IMG/VR virus record: IMGVR_UViG_3300010346_000241
Coordinates: 1-64,000 of that record
DNA: 64,000 nt
From: a virus
Lineage: Duplodnaviria; Caudoviricetes
Reading direction: 5' to 3' (one strand)
Position numbers and translations under genes: made by a program. The notes below the pieces were generated by a model that did not search any database, was not told the DNA's origin, and saw nothing but the letters and a program-made list of their open reading frames with translations. This document shows positions 8,668 to 19,102 of the stretch, piece by piece (position 1 is the stretch's first letter; each line of letters begins with the position of its first letter).

Positions 8668-11600
8668 ATGGCTATTAAAGTTGCTGATACTCTTAGACCT
8701 AACAACTCTGGCGAAGAAGCTGTCAAGGGTGGATTCCCTACCGCATTGGCATGCGATGTTTGGCTGGCAGATGGTAGATCTGTAGAGGAAGCTTTAGAAG
8801 GTACTAGTGGAGCTTCTATCCAAGTGGCAGAAATCCCAGAACCTTCAGAAGCACAGTTCGGTAAGATATATCAATACATCGGAGAAACTACCGATGATTA
8901 TATCAATGGATACTTCTACGAATGTATAATCGAAGGAGCAGCGTACAAATGGGTAGAGAAGACTGTACAGAAGAGTAATGCCGATATCTCTGAAGATGAG
9001 GACAACGTTCTCGAACAGAAGACAGACGGTCTCTATGTACGTAAGACTACCGCTATCATATATGCAGATGCTCTTCCCGAATATGGAACTATAGATGATT
9101 ACATCTACAGGATTCAGAATAACCAGTACAAGGAGCTTGATATCGACGGTTCTATCATGAACGGTAATGATCCTCAAGCTGCAGTAGACCATATCACCAG
9201 CAAGGGATTTGTAGTGAACGATCCCGATGAACCCGATCATGAAGGATACTATGAAGCAGTATTCAAGTTCAGGGATATCGAGTATCATGATGAACTCACT
9301 GATCAGTATCCTATGATAGCTAAGTTCTATATAAGAAAATCTGCTAGCATAGTAGGCGATAAGTTCATCGCTAAAACTACTACTGATGGAGAGACTTATA
9401 CAGAGCTTGCCTTTAGCTCAGAAGACATGATTCCTCTTCGTTATAAAGAAGAGACTATGTATCTCGGCGACAAGGAGAGTCAGTCTCTTGCACGTATGGT
9501 GCTCTATAGTGATCTGGATACACTCGATATCGATGCTGTAATTTATGAAGATAATACTCTTCCGATTGCTGCAGATCGTAAGAATAAGGTATACTGTACT
9601 ACTTATACTAACGACTCCTTAGTGTTCGATACAACAAAAGATCACTATCTGTACGATATAGTCGATTATGCTCGCAAGAACAACTTCACTGTCGAGTATT
9701 CAACCGATTACTACGTTATCATATACACCTCCACCAAAGAAGTTTACCAATCTTCTGATAGAAGTAAACGTGTAGGTAAGATAGAGGTATATATAGGTAA
9801 TAATGTTACACTCACGGTATACGATACCGCAAGCACTATAATCAAATCTGAAGAGGCTCCATCTATCACTCTTGACCTTATCACGGAAACACTAACACCG
9901 TATCTTTGCCAAACCGACTCAGCTACAAGTTTCAAACTTCTCTCATACGATGAGTTCAAATCATCTATTCTGACAAGGGTTGTAAAGGTTCCCGAGAATG
10001 CTACCAGCGGTTTCTATCAAGAAAATTTATACACTGAAATAATTATTAAATGGACATCTATCGAAACTATTAAAGCATCTTTAGAGTCCTATGGCTTCAC
10101 AGTAACAGCGAAAGAGAGCGACCCATCAGAATACTGGGTTGATTTCCCGAACAACTATACTCTCTTACGTATAAGCGGGTCTCCAGAGTTGGAAGAGTAT
10201 CTAACTACCAAAGATCTGTGTGAAAGAATGGATCTAAGAATGAGCGGTGGCGAACCAATGATAGGTGTATACTGTGATGGGGAGTTAAAAGCTAGCTTCT
10301 TCAATACCAAATTCAGATACGCTACAGAACAAGATTCCGACGATAAGAACGGCACTAAGCTTATAGCGGTCAATAACAATGGCGATAAAACTAGACTCGC
10401 TCTTTATGACGACTATCTGAAAAGTATAACACAAGTGTACAAATTACCAGAAGCAACTGAAGCTAACCAGGGTAAGATCTATCAGTATGTCGGAAAGACT
10501 GTTGGTAGTACCTTTGTCAACGGATGCTTTTATCAGTCTATACTCGATGAGGCGACTTCTACACGTAAGTGGGCCCCTATCAAAGTTCAAGCTTCTTCTG
10601 GTGGAGAAGCTATCGTAGATGTGTATGAACTTCCCGATGATAACATCGAGAATGTAATCTATCGTCTGACCAAAGCATATGAAATGAAGTTCAAATTCTC
10701 AGAAGATATCGTAAACAACGTAGACCTGGAAGGTGCTCGTCAGTATTTCAAGGATGAATTTGGACTGGTGTTCAACTATAGCGATAGCACTGGTTTGTAT
10801 GAACTTGAGATTCCTACAGATAGAGACCTGTACTATCCCTCTGGATTGGATTACGTTCAAGATAGATTCAGAATCACAAGAATGAACTACGGCATCAAAT
10901 CTGAATATCCTAACCAGATATATTTTTCTTCTCGCAATGGTCAAGGAACTGCTGGATTCGTAGTACAAGCTAATGTAGGATATGGATTCTTTTCTGTTGA
11001 TAAGAAGACAGAGTATCATGCTGGCAAAGAAAACAGTCAGACACTCGAAAGACTTGCTAAGTACGACGAAACAGACCAGTCATTCATCGGAACACAAGCT
11101 GAATGGGAAGCACTCTCCGCTTCAGAGAAGGAAGCATACGATGGTAAGCTTGTAAATATCATAGGTGGCTCTGACGGTGATAGCAACTTATCGCTCTATG
11201 CAGATACACCTATCGGAACCATTGCCAAATATGGAGGAACAACTGTCCCAGATGGCTGGTTACTCTGTAACGGACAGGCATTGAGTAAAACAGAGTATGC
11301 TGATCTGTTTAATGCTATCGGTACTAACTATGGCGGTAGTGGTTCAACATTTAATCTGCCTGCTTTAACACAGTGTAAACAAGATTACACCGTCAAGACT
11401 CAATTAGATACTTGGACAAGTAACCTTGAAGATGGCAGTCGACATCATACTATCACTATTGATACAGATGGTAGTTATTACTTTGAGGTAATATTATCGA
11501 ACGCTTCTGCTGGAAAACATGCCAATAATATATCTATCACTACTGACGGCAAACTTGTATCAAGTTGGGGATATGTCGGAGCTGGAGCATCTTTAACGAA

Positions 11601-12147
11601 TAAAACCGTATTCTTGAAGAAGGGAACTTGTACTATTACTCATATATGCCAAACAGCAGGAATCGGCGGAACCGCTGTTGTAACAGTTTATAATACAAGA
11701 AATGAACCTGTTGGTAGTTACATCATCAAAGCTAAACAGGCACCTGTTCCTGCCGACTTTATGGCTGCTGTTAATGGATGTAAGATACTACTACCTTATG
11801 AGCTCAATAAATCCTCCATCGTTCCAGCATTTGATCGAAAGTGGTTAGATACTGGAAACTCTATTGTCTGGACCGCCACACATACAGGAAGATTGACCAT
11901 AAGATGTCTGAAACACGGTGCTTACTATTCGCTATTTTTGACAAATCAAAACAGTGTAATGCTCGACAGGTATGACAACTTTTTCAGTGATATAGTACCT
12001 GTATTTGTGGCAAGCATAGCATTAGAGGCTTGGGTGAGAAAGGGCGATGTTATCGAGTTAAGCACAAACCTTCCTGCGGATACTGAGTGGGCAGATAAAT
12101 TCCTTGTACAGACAGGACTGCTCTTATACAATAGCAACTATGATTGA
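8668..12147 (+). CDS. Long modular tail fibre protein with tail-collar domain
   Basis: Internal repeats (GKIYQY.G....NG.FY); collar motif PIGTIAKYGGTTVPDGWLLCNGQALSKTEYADLFNAIGT. Confidence 0.8.
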   Translation: MAIKVADTLRPNNSGEEAVKGGFPTALACDVWLADGRSVEEALEGTSGASIQVAEIPEPSEAQFGKIYQYIGETTDDYINGYFYECIIEGAAYKWVEKTVQKSNADISEDEDNVLEQKTDGLYVRKTTAIIYADALPEYGTIDDYIYRIQNNQYKELDIDGSIMNGNDPQAAVDHITSKGFVVNDPDEPDHEGYYEAVFKFRDIEYHDELTDQYPMIAKFYIRKSASIVGDKFIAKTTTDGETYTELAFSSEDMIPLRYKEETMYLGDKESQSLARMVLYSDLDTLDIDAVIYEDNTLPIAADRKNKVYCTTYTNDSLVFDTTKDHYLYDIVDYARKNNFTVEYSTDYYVIIYTSTKEVYQSSDRSKRVGKIEVYIGNNVTLTVYDTASTIIKSEEAPSITLDLITETLTPYLCQTDSATSFKLLSYDEFKSSILTRVVKVPENATSGFYQENLYTEIIIKWTSIETIKASLESYGFTVTAKESDPSEYWVDFPNNYTLLRISGSPELEEYLTTKDLCERMDLRMSGGEPMIGVYCDGELKASFFNTKFRYATEQDSDDKNGTKLIAVNNNGDKTRLALYDDYLKSITQVYKLPEATEANQGKIYQYVGKTVGSTFVNGCFYQSILDEATSTRKWAPIKVQASSGGEAIVDVYELPDDNIENVIYRLTKAYEMKFKFSEDIVNNVDLEGARQYFKDEFGLVFNYSDSTGLYELEIPTDRDLYYPSGLDYVQDRFRITRMNYGIKSEYPNQIYFSSRNGQGTAGFVVQANVGYGFFSVDKKTEYHAGKENSQTLERLAKYDETDQSFIGTQAEWEALSASEKEAYDGKLVNIIGGSDGDSNLSLYADTPIGTIAKYGGTTVPDGWLLCNGQALSKTEYADLFNAIGTNYGGSGSTFNLPALTQCKQDYTVKTQLDTWTSNLEDGSRHHTITIDTDGSYYFEVILSNASAGKHANNISITTDGKLVSSWGYVGAGASLTNKTVFLKKGTCTITHICQTAGIGGTAVVTVYNTRNEPVGSYIIKAKQAPVPADFMAAVNGCKILLPYELNKSSIVPAFDRKWLDTGNSIVWTATHTGRLTIRCLKHGAYYSLFLTNQNSVMLDRYDNFFSDIVPVFVASIALEAWVRKGDVIELSTNLPADTEWADKFLVQTGLLLYNSNYD

Positions 12148-12200
12148 TACAAATAATGAATTTACAGAGGGTAGTTCATTCTACCCTCTAAGAAAGGAGA

Positions 12201-13073
12201 ATGAATATGCCCGTTTATGAATACAATGCTTCTTCGAACAAGCTCAATCTCGTGGCAGGCGCAACGCTTTATGCTGATGCTCCGATTGGTTCAATTCAAG
12301 CATATGGCGGTACTACTGCTCCGTCAGGTTGGCTTCTGTGTCAAGGACAAAAGGTAAGTAGAACAACTTATGCAGATCTGTTTGCTGCTATCGGAACAGC
12401 ATTTGGTACAGGTGACGGAAGTACAACCTTTAATGTACCCGATTTAAGAGAAAGTGCTCCCGTTGGTGTTGGTGAGAATGGTACACAGACTATTGCGGCG
12501 CATGATGTGTATACATTAGGTGAGTTTAAGGATGACCAGTTCCAAGGACACGCTCATGATAAAGGAGCATTTGCTGGGGCAGATTATACAAATGGCGGTG
12601 CTTGGAAAACTATCCCAGGAGTAAGACCCACTGGTAGCCCTGTATCTGATGGTACACATGGAACACCACGAATAGGCACAACCACTCACGGTAAACAGTT
12701 GGGTGTCAACTATATCATCAAAGCCAAACAGGCGTCTGTACCATTTGATGTGGCAGAGTATGTCAGAAAGTGGAATTCACCTGATTGGGATAATGCCATA
12801 GATGTAATTACTTATGTTCAAGATGAAGCAGGACCTAAAACATACACAGCTATTGATGACGGATTTATCGCAGGGACTATTTCTGCCAGATATACGAGCG
12901 GTACCAAAGTCTTCGTGAATGATATTGCTATTGGTGGTGTTATTGGTATAAACAATGATATTGAAGGTAACGGCGGAGTGTTTGCTAAAGTGAATAAGGA
13001 TGATGTAATAAAAATTACGGTAGGAAATGCAGGAAGTATGGGAATCGCTATTAAGTTCGTTCCTCACAAGTAA
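12201..13073 (+). CDS. Short tail-collar domain fibre protein
   Basis: PIGSIQAYGGTTAPSGWLLCQGQKVSRTTYADLFAAIGTAFGTGDGSTTFNVPDLR. Confidence 0.85.
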   Translation: MNMPVYEYNASSNKLNLVAGATLYADAPIGSIQAYGGTTAPSGWLLCQGQKVSRTTYADLFAAIGTAFGTGDGSTTFNVPDLRESAPVGVGENGTQTIAAHDVYTLGEFKDDQFQGHAHDKGAFAGADYTNGGAWKTIPGVRPTGSPVSDGTHGTPRIGTTTHGKQLGVNYIIKAKQASVPFDVAEYVRKWNSPDWDNAIDVITYVQDEAGPKTYTAIDDGFIAGTISARYTSGTKVFVNDIAIGGVIGINNDIEGNGGVFAKVNKDDVIKITVGNAGSMGIAIKFVPHK

Positions 13074-13125
13074 CTACAAACTCCGTGATTACACTGGAAG
13101 ATAAGACTCAATTCAACAAAAAATA

Positions 13126-13150
13126 AGGCAGTGGGAATCACCCACTGCCT
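13126..13150. terminator. Bidirectional terminator between convergent operons
   Basis: AGGCAGTGGG/CCCACTGCCT flanked by A- and T-rich tracts. Confidence 0.8.
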
Positions 13151-13156
13151 GTTTGT

Positions 13157-13993
13157 TTAGTTACGGTACATTACGAGCGTGCCGCACTTCTCACACCGTT
13201 CTGCGAGATGGTCACTACCAATCAACTGACCACATTCGCAGTGAACATGCTCGTCATATGAGCTGTCCACAAAGAGACGTCTTGCGGGCTCCTTGGGTTT
13301 CGGAACTCTCTCTTTTGGAAGATCATCTTCATCGAGCACAAGTTCTCTTTGTCTTGTCTCTGCTTCAATCCCAGAGAAACGTCCCTCTCCCTTCCAGTAT
13401 CCCTGGATGAAGACCTTCTTACCATTAGCATAGTGTCTCCAGTGGCCCGTCACATACCACATAAGACAATGACGATTTATCTCGCCCCTCTCGTTCTTCT
13501 GATCCTCAAAGAACTGATCCAGTGCTTCCTCTTCAATATAGATAGTTTTGAAGTACTTGATCTTAGCAGGTGTCTTCTTCTTTCCATTTCTAGTCTTTGT
13601 TTGCGGTACTACCATTTGTTTGTTTGCTGTTCTATAATTGATCAGTGGGTTCAATAGAGAAACCTCTATAGCATACCATATGTTGAGAGTAGCTACAGCC
13701 CATTCAACACCAGCGTATATATCCATATCAACATAAGTTTCTGTTCCGAATGGTATATACTTATTATTGGAGTTTTGGAGAAACGAGTTTGTCGCCTCTA
13801 TTGCGAGAATGGGTTTATCTTCTCTCTTCACATATATGATCGGCATAACAACTGATCTAGCACTAAAACCATCAGGAATAGTCTTAGCATAGTCTTCTAG
13901 AGACAACGTTATAGCTCCTACGATTGTAGCAGATGCTATATCGATAGTATCATTGTCGTTGTAGGCATAATCAAACTCACTATCAGATCTCAC
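13157..13993 (-). CDS. Hypothetical protein with VxGHWRHY motif and C-terminal Zn ribbon
   Basis: WYVTGHWRHYANGKKVFIQGYWKG; CECG...CEKCG. Confidence 0.7.
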   Translation of the reverse strand: MRSDSEFDYAYNDNDTIDIASATIVGAITLSLEDYAKTIPDGFSARSVVMPIIYVKREDKPILAIEATNSFLQNSNNKYIPFGTETYVDMDIYAGVEWAVATLNIWYAIEVSLLNPLINYRTANKQMVVPQTKTRNGKKKTPAKIKYFKTIYIEEEALDQFFEDQKNERGEINRHCLMWYVTGHWRHYANGKKVFIQGYWKGEGRFSGIEAETRQRELVLDEDDLPKERVPKPKEPARRLFVDSSYDEHVHCECGQLIGSDHLAERCEKCGTLVMYRN

Positions 13994-14369
13994 TATCAGA
14001 TATCTCTCCTTCTATTGTAGCACCAAAAGGAATCCAATCCTTCTTGTCGAATATGAGTACACGATGTCTTACAACGTCATTTTTCTCGTTCAGCACAACT
14101 TCTACGTGTTTGATAGGTATGGTGTTCGAGATTATAATATCTGCTGGCAAATGCGCTTTGTTGATAGCATCGTCAGCTTCTTTCTTTTCTTCTTTTGTCA
14201 TGTCGTCTAGGCTCTTATTGAACTTCTGATCCACGACTCCCGCTATAGAGAATAACTTAAATACGTCCGTCTTTGATATCTCGACTTTGTCTATTACGCT
14301 GTTACTGTTTTTAACAGCACTGTGAATCTTCTCGATGTTCGATTCTCTCATTTCCTTTATCATATACAT
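13983..14369 (-). CDS. Hypothetical protein
   Basis: SD AAAGGAG; 128 aa; overlaps the start of the next gene. Confidence 0.7.
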   Translation of the reverse strand: MYMIKEMRESNIEKIHSAVKNSNSVIDKVEISKTDVFKLFSIAGVVDQKFNKSLDDMTKEEKKEADDAINKAHLPADIIISNTIPIKHVEVVLNEKNDVVRHRVLIFDKKDWIPFGATIEGEISDSEI

Positions 14370-14405
14370 TCTCCTTTCGTCTCTTTCGCCGTCATGAGTT
14401 TACTC

Positions 14406-14417
14406 AACACTCTAATA
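14406..14417 (+). promoter_or_regulatory. AR9-like promoter
   Basis: AACA-CTCTAA-TA upstream of 14444. Confidence 0.7.
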
Positions 14418-14443
14418 ATACTATACCTAAAGGAGGTTTAGAT

Positions 14444-15277
14444 ATGTCGAATAATCTTTACGACGAAAGAATACATTGTATTCCTGGTCCGTACCCGACA
14501 GATCCCATGTGGATCCCAGGTAGACCGCCATATGAGCATCCTGGTGGATGCTGTCCAGATGCACCTGTTGTAAATCCTTACAATCCTGGTGTGCCGAATC
14601 CTGTTCCTACTCGTTACTTCTATCCTGTACCGCCTTGTGGTCCTTGGCCTCATCATCCCGAGGAGTTCTTCGTTCTGAAGAGGCAACTCAATGAAATACT
14701 CAAGAACATCGCTAAGGCTGATATCTATCAGGATAAGAGCGAAACAGGTACTACTATCAGAGTCGGCGGCATTGCTAAGGGTACTAAGCTCGGCGACATC
14801 ACATTCTCAGAACTTGTTGCTAAGCTTCTCTTCCCCTCTGGCGATCAGCCTGTAGACCCTGAAGAGTACGTTAAGATGGGCGAGCTGGAAGATCTTGTTA
14901 AGGCATTCCTTGCTACTGTAGCAGTATCTGGTTCCTATAACGATCTTACAGATAAGCCCACTATCCCAAGTGTTGAAGGTCTCGTAACTACAGAGGCTCT
15001 TACAACAGCACTTGGAGATTACGTGGCTAAGACAGACATGGCAACATACCTGTCAAGCTATGCAACTATCGAAGCACTCGAAACTGCTCTCGGCGGTTAT
15101 GCTACTACACAGGCTCTTGCTGATGTAGCAGCTACTATCCCTAGCCTTACATGGCCAGAGGGTAAACTCTACGAAGTTGTAAACGACGTGGGCGGATTTA
15201 AAGCTGGAGATGATCTTGCTGGAAAGAGCATCGTTGATATCATCGAAACTCTTCTCTGCAAGCGGCCTAATCCTTAA
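14444..15277 (+). CDS. Putative virion fibre-related protein with Pro-rich N-terminus
   Basis: Two VGG..G...LL motifs, GSYNDLTDKP and YATxxAL repeats; has its own promoter and terminator (15284-15305). Confidence 0.6.
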   Translation: MSNNLYDERIHCIPGPYPTDPMWIPGRPPYEHPGGCCPDAPVVNPYNPGVPNPVPTRYFYPVPPCGPWPHHPEEFFVLKRQLNEILKNIAKADIYQDKSETGTTIRVGGIAKGTKLGDITFSELVAKLLFPSGDQPVDPEEYVKMGELEDLVKAFLATVAVSGSYNDLTDKPTIPSVEGLVTTEALTTALGDYVAKTDMATYLSSYATIEALETALGGYATTQALADVAATIPSLTWPEGKLYEVVNDVGGFKAGDDLAGKSIVDIIETLLCKRPNP

Positions 15278-15309
15278 GAGATGGAGGGTGGAGAAATCCA
15301 CCCTCTCTT

Positions 15310-16086
15310 CTACTGTTGTATAACTGTTTCTGGAAACTTGAACTGGAACTTGTTGTTTGAGTTAGCATATCCGCGAACTGGAAAGTTATAGATATCAACT
15401 TTAGACAGGATACTCTTATCCACAGTATCATCATCATTGATATTATAGTTATACCAGTGTCCTGCCATATTCTTAGAGAAGACATGATACTGAAGGATGA
15501 TCTCCAATCCATCTCTCCAGTTACGGCCATTTCTAGATGGTTCCATATTTACTGAACAAAGCTCGTGAATAAGATCAGTAACCGCCCAGCAGACATCTTG
15601 GTTATTCAAGCGTGATTTATCTCTATGAGTTATACATCCTTCGTCAGTCGGTTTCGATGAAGCATACATTGTACGAGTAACACACTCGAAGTAGTTTGCT
15701 GGTTTAATCTTTGTCTGGTCTTTGTTGAGTATGAGAGGTCTCATAAACTCAAACTCTGTCATAGTAGATGACACATTATCTCTGGCCATTACTACGATAG
15801 CGTAGATTCTGTTATACACATTTAAAGGAACAGGGTCTTCCTGTCCACATGTATACAGAATACTAGGTCCTATGTCCTTATAAGGCTTTCCTCTGTAATC
15901 GGTAGCGTTCATATAGTTCCTACTACCGTTGAAGGAGCTGAAGAATCTCCTTTGGTCCTTCTTGATATGCCTGTAGTCCGCCATATACTTGACCAGATTA
16001 GAGTACCCATCAGGATGTGGGTACTTTGTTTCTTCTCTGTTCTGAAACAGATTTTTGATTATATCTTTAGCATCATCCTTCTTCAT
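15310..16086 (-). CDS. Hypothetical protein
   Basis: Long ORF in the minus-strand accessory operon. Confidence 0.65.
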   Translation of the reverse strand: MKKDDAKDIIKNLFQNREETKYPHPDGYSNLVKYMADYRHIKKDQRRFFSSFNGSRNYMNATDYRGKPYKDIGPSILYTCGQEDPVPLNVYNRIYAIVVMARDNVSSTMTEFEFMRPLILNKDQTKIKPANYFECVTRTMYASSKPTDEGCITHRDKSRLNNQDVCWAVTDLIHELCSVNMEPSRNGRNWRDGLEIILQYHVFSKNMAGHWYNYNINDDDTVDKSILSKVDIYNFPVRGYANSNNKFQFKFPETVIQQ

Positions 16087-16753
16087 AAGTAGGCACATCC
16101 TTCTTTACAGTAACAAAGTAATATCCTCCAGTAACCTTCTGGCGATAGTCGTAAGTCACCATTGTTGATTCTTTGAAGAACTTCTCTTCAAGGATACTCT
16201 CATCAAGTTCTTCATCCTCTGACCAAGGAATGAAGTAGCTCTGATCAACCTGGTAGTATTTGTGATTCGCCCAGTCTATGACAAGGGTAGTAATTCCATC
16301 GTCGTAGATAGTAAAGTCGTTGTCGTCAGCAGTATAGTTGACCTTGCCGATTCTAACAACCTTCTCTTCTTTAGTCATAGAGTACTCTTCCTCAAGCTCT
16401 TTCTCTTTAGCCTTCTTCTCCTCTTCTTCAGTGAGGTTTCTGATCGTTTTGTTTATGAAGTCGATGTAGTATCTTTCACTAGTTTCGAGAAGACGAAATT
16501 CACATCCGATACAGTAAGTGTCATTTCCGACTCCGTTAAGGTTCTTGTTTGTTATTTCGTAGAAAACTTCGTTGTCTTTTGTAATGAGTTTATTGATAGA
16601 GTCAAGTTCTTCTTGGTGAAAGAAGAGATCGTAAAGTGGTGATGGGGTCTCTTTTGCTACTTTATGAATCACCATACTATATGGAGCATAGTATGGATTC
16701 CACTGTACTATCATCTTTCCGATCTTCTTATTGTTTGCTATTATTGCGTACAT
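16073..16753 (-). CDS. Hypothetical protein
   Basis: SD GAGGAGG; 226 aa. Confidence 0.7.
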   Translation of the reverse strand: MYAIIANNKKIGKMIVQWNPYYAPYSMVIHKVAKETPSPLYDLFFHQEELDSINKLITKDNEVFYEITNKNLNGVGNDTYCIGCEFRLLETSERYYIDFINKTIRNLTEEEEKKAKEKELEEEYSMTKEEKVVRIGKVNYTADDNDFTIYDDGITTLVIDWANHKYYQVDQSYFIPWSEDEELDESILEEKFFKESTMVTYDYRQKVTGGYYFVTVKKDVPTYEEG

Positions 16754-16774
16754 AACGCATTACCTCCTCTTCAT

Positions 16775-17695
16775 TTAGTTTGCCGTCTGATAGATGAAAC
16801 GATTATGATCGAAACCATCTCCAACCTTGAACTCTTTGATTTCTCCGCTGACTGCATCATTCAGCTCGATATACCAATGGATTCTTATGTCAGGATCGTT
16901 AACAAATGCTACATTCTGACCATAAGTATCTATATAGATCTCTGCACCATCAGAACCCTTAACAACTACCTGATTTATATAGTCATATGCTACATGATCA
17001 AGCTTAGCTATGAGCTCACACTCATTAGCAGCCTTTACAGGAAGTGGCTTATCATCGAGTGTCAGACCATCATATGCCTGCTGGAGAATAGATCCCTTGA
17101 TACGTGCATAGTCTACACAGATATGAATCTGGTTAGACGATGCATCATCATTCAGCATATACTCAAACACCTTACCCATGAATGGAAGGTGATACATAAG
17201 TATTCTGTCGTTCAGTATGATGAATACCTCTTTCTTTATGAAGCTCGGCTCATTACCTCTATTGCCTTCTCTCAGTATAAGGGTATCCTCTTCCTCTACT
17301 TTCTTCTCCGAATAACTAGAAAAGAGCGCTAATTTACCTGTGGATCTGAGCTTTATCGGACCGTTATCGTCGCGCTTTACGAACTTACAGTTATTAGGAT
17401 TCTCGTAATCAACAAATATCCTCTCATCACGCTTGTTAGAGAATACGACAAATTGTTTGTTGTATTCGGATATAGCTTCAACTATGTATTCGCTAACAGG
17501 AGCGAAATTGAGAGAAGATACTGGTCTTGTTCCGTTCATTACCTCTCTAACAGCCATCTTCTCTCTATCAAGCTCTTCTTTGTCTCTATCATCTGATATA
17601 GATAAAGACTCAATCGCATGATAATCATCGACCACTATAGTGTAGTGGTCAAATTTGATTGTTGTCTTGGATCCATTACGTTCTGATTTGATCAT
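16775..17695 (-). CDS. Hypothetical protein
   Basis: SD GGGAGG; 306 aa. Confidence 0.7.
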   Translation of the reverse strand: MIKSERNGSKTTIKFDHYTIVVDDYHAIESLSISDDRDKEELDREKMAVREVMNGTRPVSSLNFAPVSEYIVEAISEYNKQFVVFSNKRDERIFVDYENPNNCKFVKRDDNGPIKLRSTGKLALFSSYSEKKVEEEDTLILREGNRGNEPSFIKKEVFIILNDRILMYHLPFMGKVFEYMLNDDASSNQIHICVDYARIKGSILQQAYDGLTLDDKPLPVKAANECELIAKLDHVAYDYINQVVVKGSDGAEIYIDTYGQNVAFVNDPDIRIHWYIELNDAVSGEIKEFKVGDGFDHNRFIYQTAN

Positions 17696-17698
17696 TGC

Positions 17699-18148
17699 TT
17701 ATTCCTCCCTAAGTTTCTTGTACCAGACCATCTTGAGCTTGTTGATTGACTGGAAGACATAATCATACTGTACTCCAGCCTTCTTAGCATATTCATCATC
17801 AGGTCCGCCATCAAATTTCTTTATATGTCCAAGCAGATAGTCATCCATCTGATTCTTCAGGATATTTTCTACATGGGGCTTTAACTTTCTCATGTAGTCA
17901 CCAAACGGTACAGTCAGCACCATTTCGACAACATAGATCTCGTTTGCTCTATAATCGAGCAGGAAACGAGCACCTTTAGAAAGGATGACACAACCATCAT
18001 CCTCAAGTTCTGACTCCAATGTATAAGGAGTCGCCATTCTACCTCTTGTATAACATATGAGGTTTGATTTGAGCTGATCAGCCAGCTCTTTTACAGAATC
18101 TGTCTCTGCTGTATAGCCAATTGCTTTACAGAAATTAGATACATCCAT
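17699..18148 (-). CDS. Hypothetical protein
   Basis: SD GGGAGG before ATG 18148 (MDVSNF). Confidence 0.65.
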   Translation of the reverse strand: MDVSNFCKAIGYTAETDSVKELADQLKSNLICYTRGRMATPYTLESELEDDGCVILSKGARFLLDYRANEIYVVEMVLTVPFGDYMRKLKPHVENILKNQMDDYLLGHIKKFDGGPDDEYAKKAGVQYDYVFQSINKLKMVWYKKLREE

Positions 18149-18458
18149 ATCCAAGTCCTCCCATATTATGTATTGTGAAAGCCTCATTGTGTAAGATTAC
18201 CTCTTCTCCTGCGGCTTTCAAGTCTATTGCTGCAGCCAGTGTTACACATGCTACAACAAGTACGACCACTGTAATATTCTTCAGCGATCTAAAGATCTTC
18301 TTTGCTCTCTTAGAAGTAACCTTCCTTGGAGCAGACTTATTTACGATGTCGTTTGCGACATCTACGAGCTGAATAAGTCTTATTATAGCGAGTAGAAAGC
18401 ATACCGATACTATCGGATGCGCTATCGCTATAATGAATCTTGCCAATGATAGAATCAT
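18135..18458 (-). CDS. Small membrane protein with two hydrophobic helices
   Basis: SD AAGGAGG; segments FIIAIAHPIVSVCFLLAII and ITVVVLVVACVTLAAAI. Confidence 0.65.
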   Translation of the reverse strand: MILSLARFIIAIAHPIVSVCFLLAIIRLIQLVDVANDIVNKSAPRKVTSKRAKKIFRSLKNITVVVLVVACVTLAAAIDLKAAGEEVILHNEAFTIHNMGGLGYGCI

Positions 18459-18990
18459 TATTTCTTTCCTCCTTAAGTTCATCGAGATCGAGGTATCTAC
18501 TACCCCAAGAGTCTAGATAATGTATGTGACGTCTTACATCCAACATAGCCTTCAGTCTATCATAGTCTACAGATTGAATGATATCTACCACGTCTGTCTC
18601 TGGCGGTTCTGGTAAGTTGTAGTAGAAGTCATCTACATACATATGTGTAACTGTCATGCCTCTAAGGTTTTTGTCTACACCATCGTGATGTATGGATATA
18701 CTGAGTTTGGTAAGATCTTCTGCAGAAGTCTCATCTACGCATGGTGGTCTAAGCATTATTCGTTCTATACCGTTTAGTTCTTTATACATAGAACCAAGTA
18801 AAGCTCTAAGAAGAGTATCCTTATCGATACGAACGAGAAAACTATCTCCAAAGAGAGTAGCCATACGTTTCGCGTTTTCAATAGTTTCAGGAGTAATCTT
18901 ATACTTCTTATACTCTTTCTCCATATCGCTGAACACTTCAGGATCAATACGATCATAATATACTTTGCGTTTGTTCTTTTCTTCATACAT
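18337..18990 (-). CDS. Hypothetical protein (3' end overlaps the next gene by ~120 bp)
   Basis: SD AAAGGAGG; 217 aa. Confidence 0.6.
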   Translation of the reverse strand: MYEEKNKRKVYYDRIDPEVFSDMEKEYKKYKITPETIENAKRMATLFGDSFLVRIDKDTLLRALLGSMYKELNGIERIMLRPPCVDETSAEDLTKLSISIHHDGVDKNLRGMTVTHMYVDDFYYNLPEPPETDVVDIIQSVDYDRLKAMLDVRRHIHYLDSWGSRYLDLDELKEERNNDSIIGKIHYSDSASDSIGMLSTRYNKTYSARRCRKRHRK

Positions 18991-19033
18991 AGCTCATTCC
19001 TCCTTTCTTGTAGAGCCATAATCTATATGTCAT
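18983..19033 (-). CDS. 16-aa leader micro-ORF MTYRLWLYKKGGMSYV
   Basis: Perfect SD AAAGGAGGAG; contains the SD of the next gene and its TGA overlaps that gene's second and third codons. Confidence 0.5.
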   Translation of the reverse strand: MTYRLWLYKKGGMSYV

Positions 19034-19102
19034 GTGTACTCCTCCTTTCATATCCCGACCTGTTAATATAGTGTAAGTGGTCAGGTACACATGTACTACA
19101 TA

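Noticed and set aside
18337-18990. Terminase-like Walker B (NLRGMTVTHMYVDDF)
   Set aside because: No Walker A or nuclease domain, the protein is too short, and the context is early
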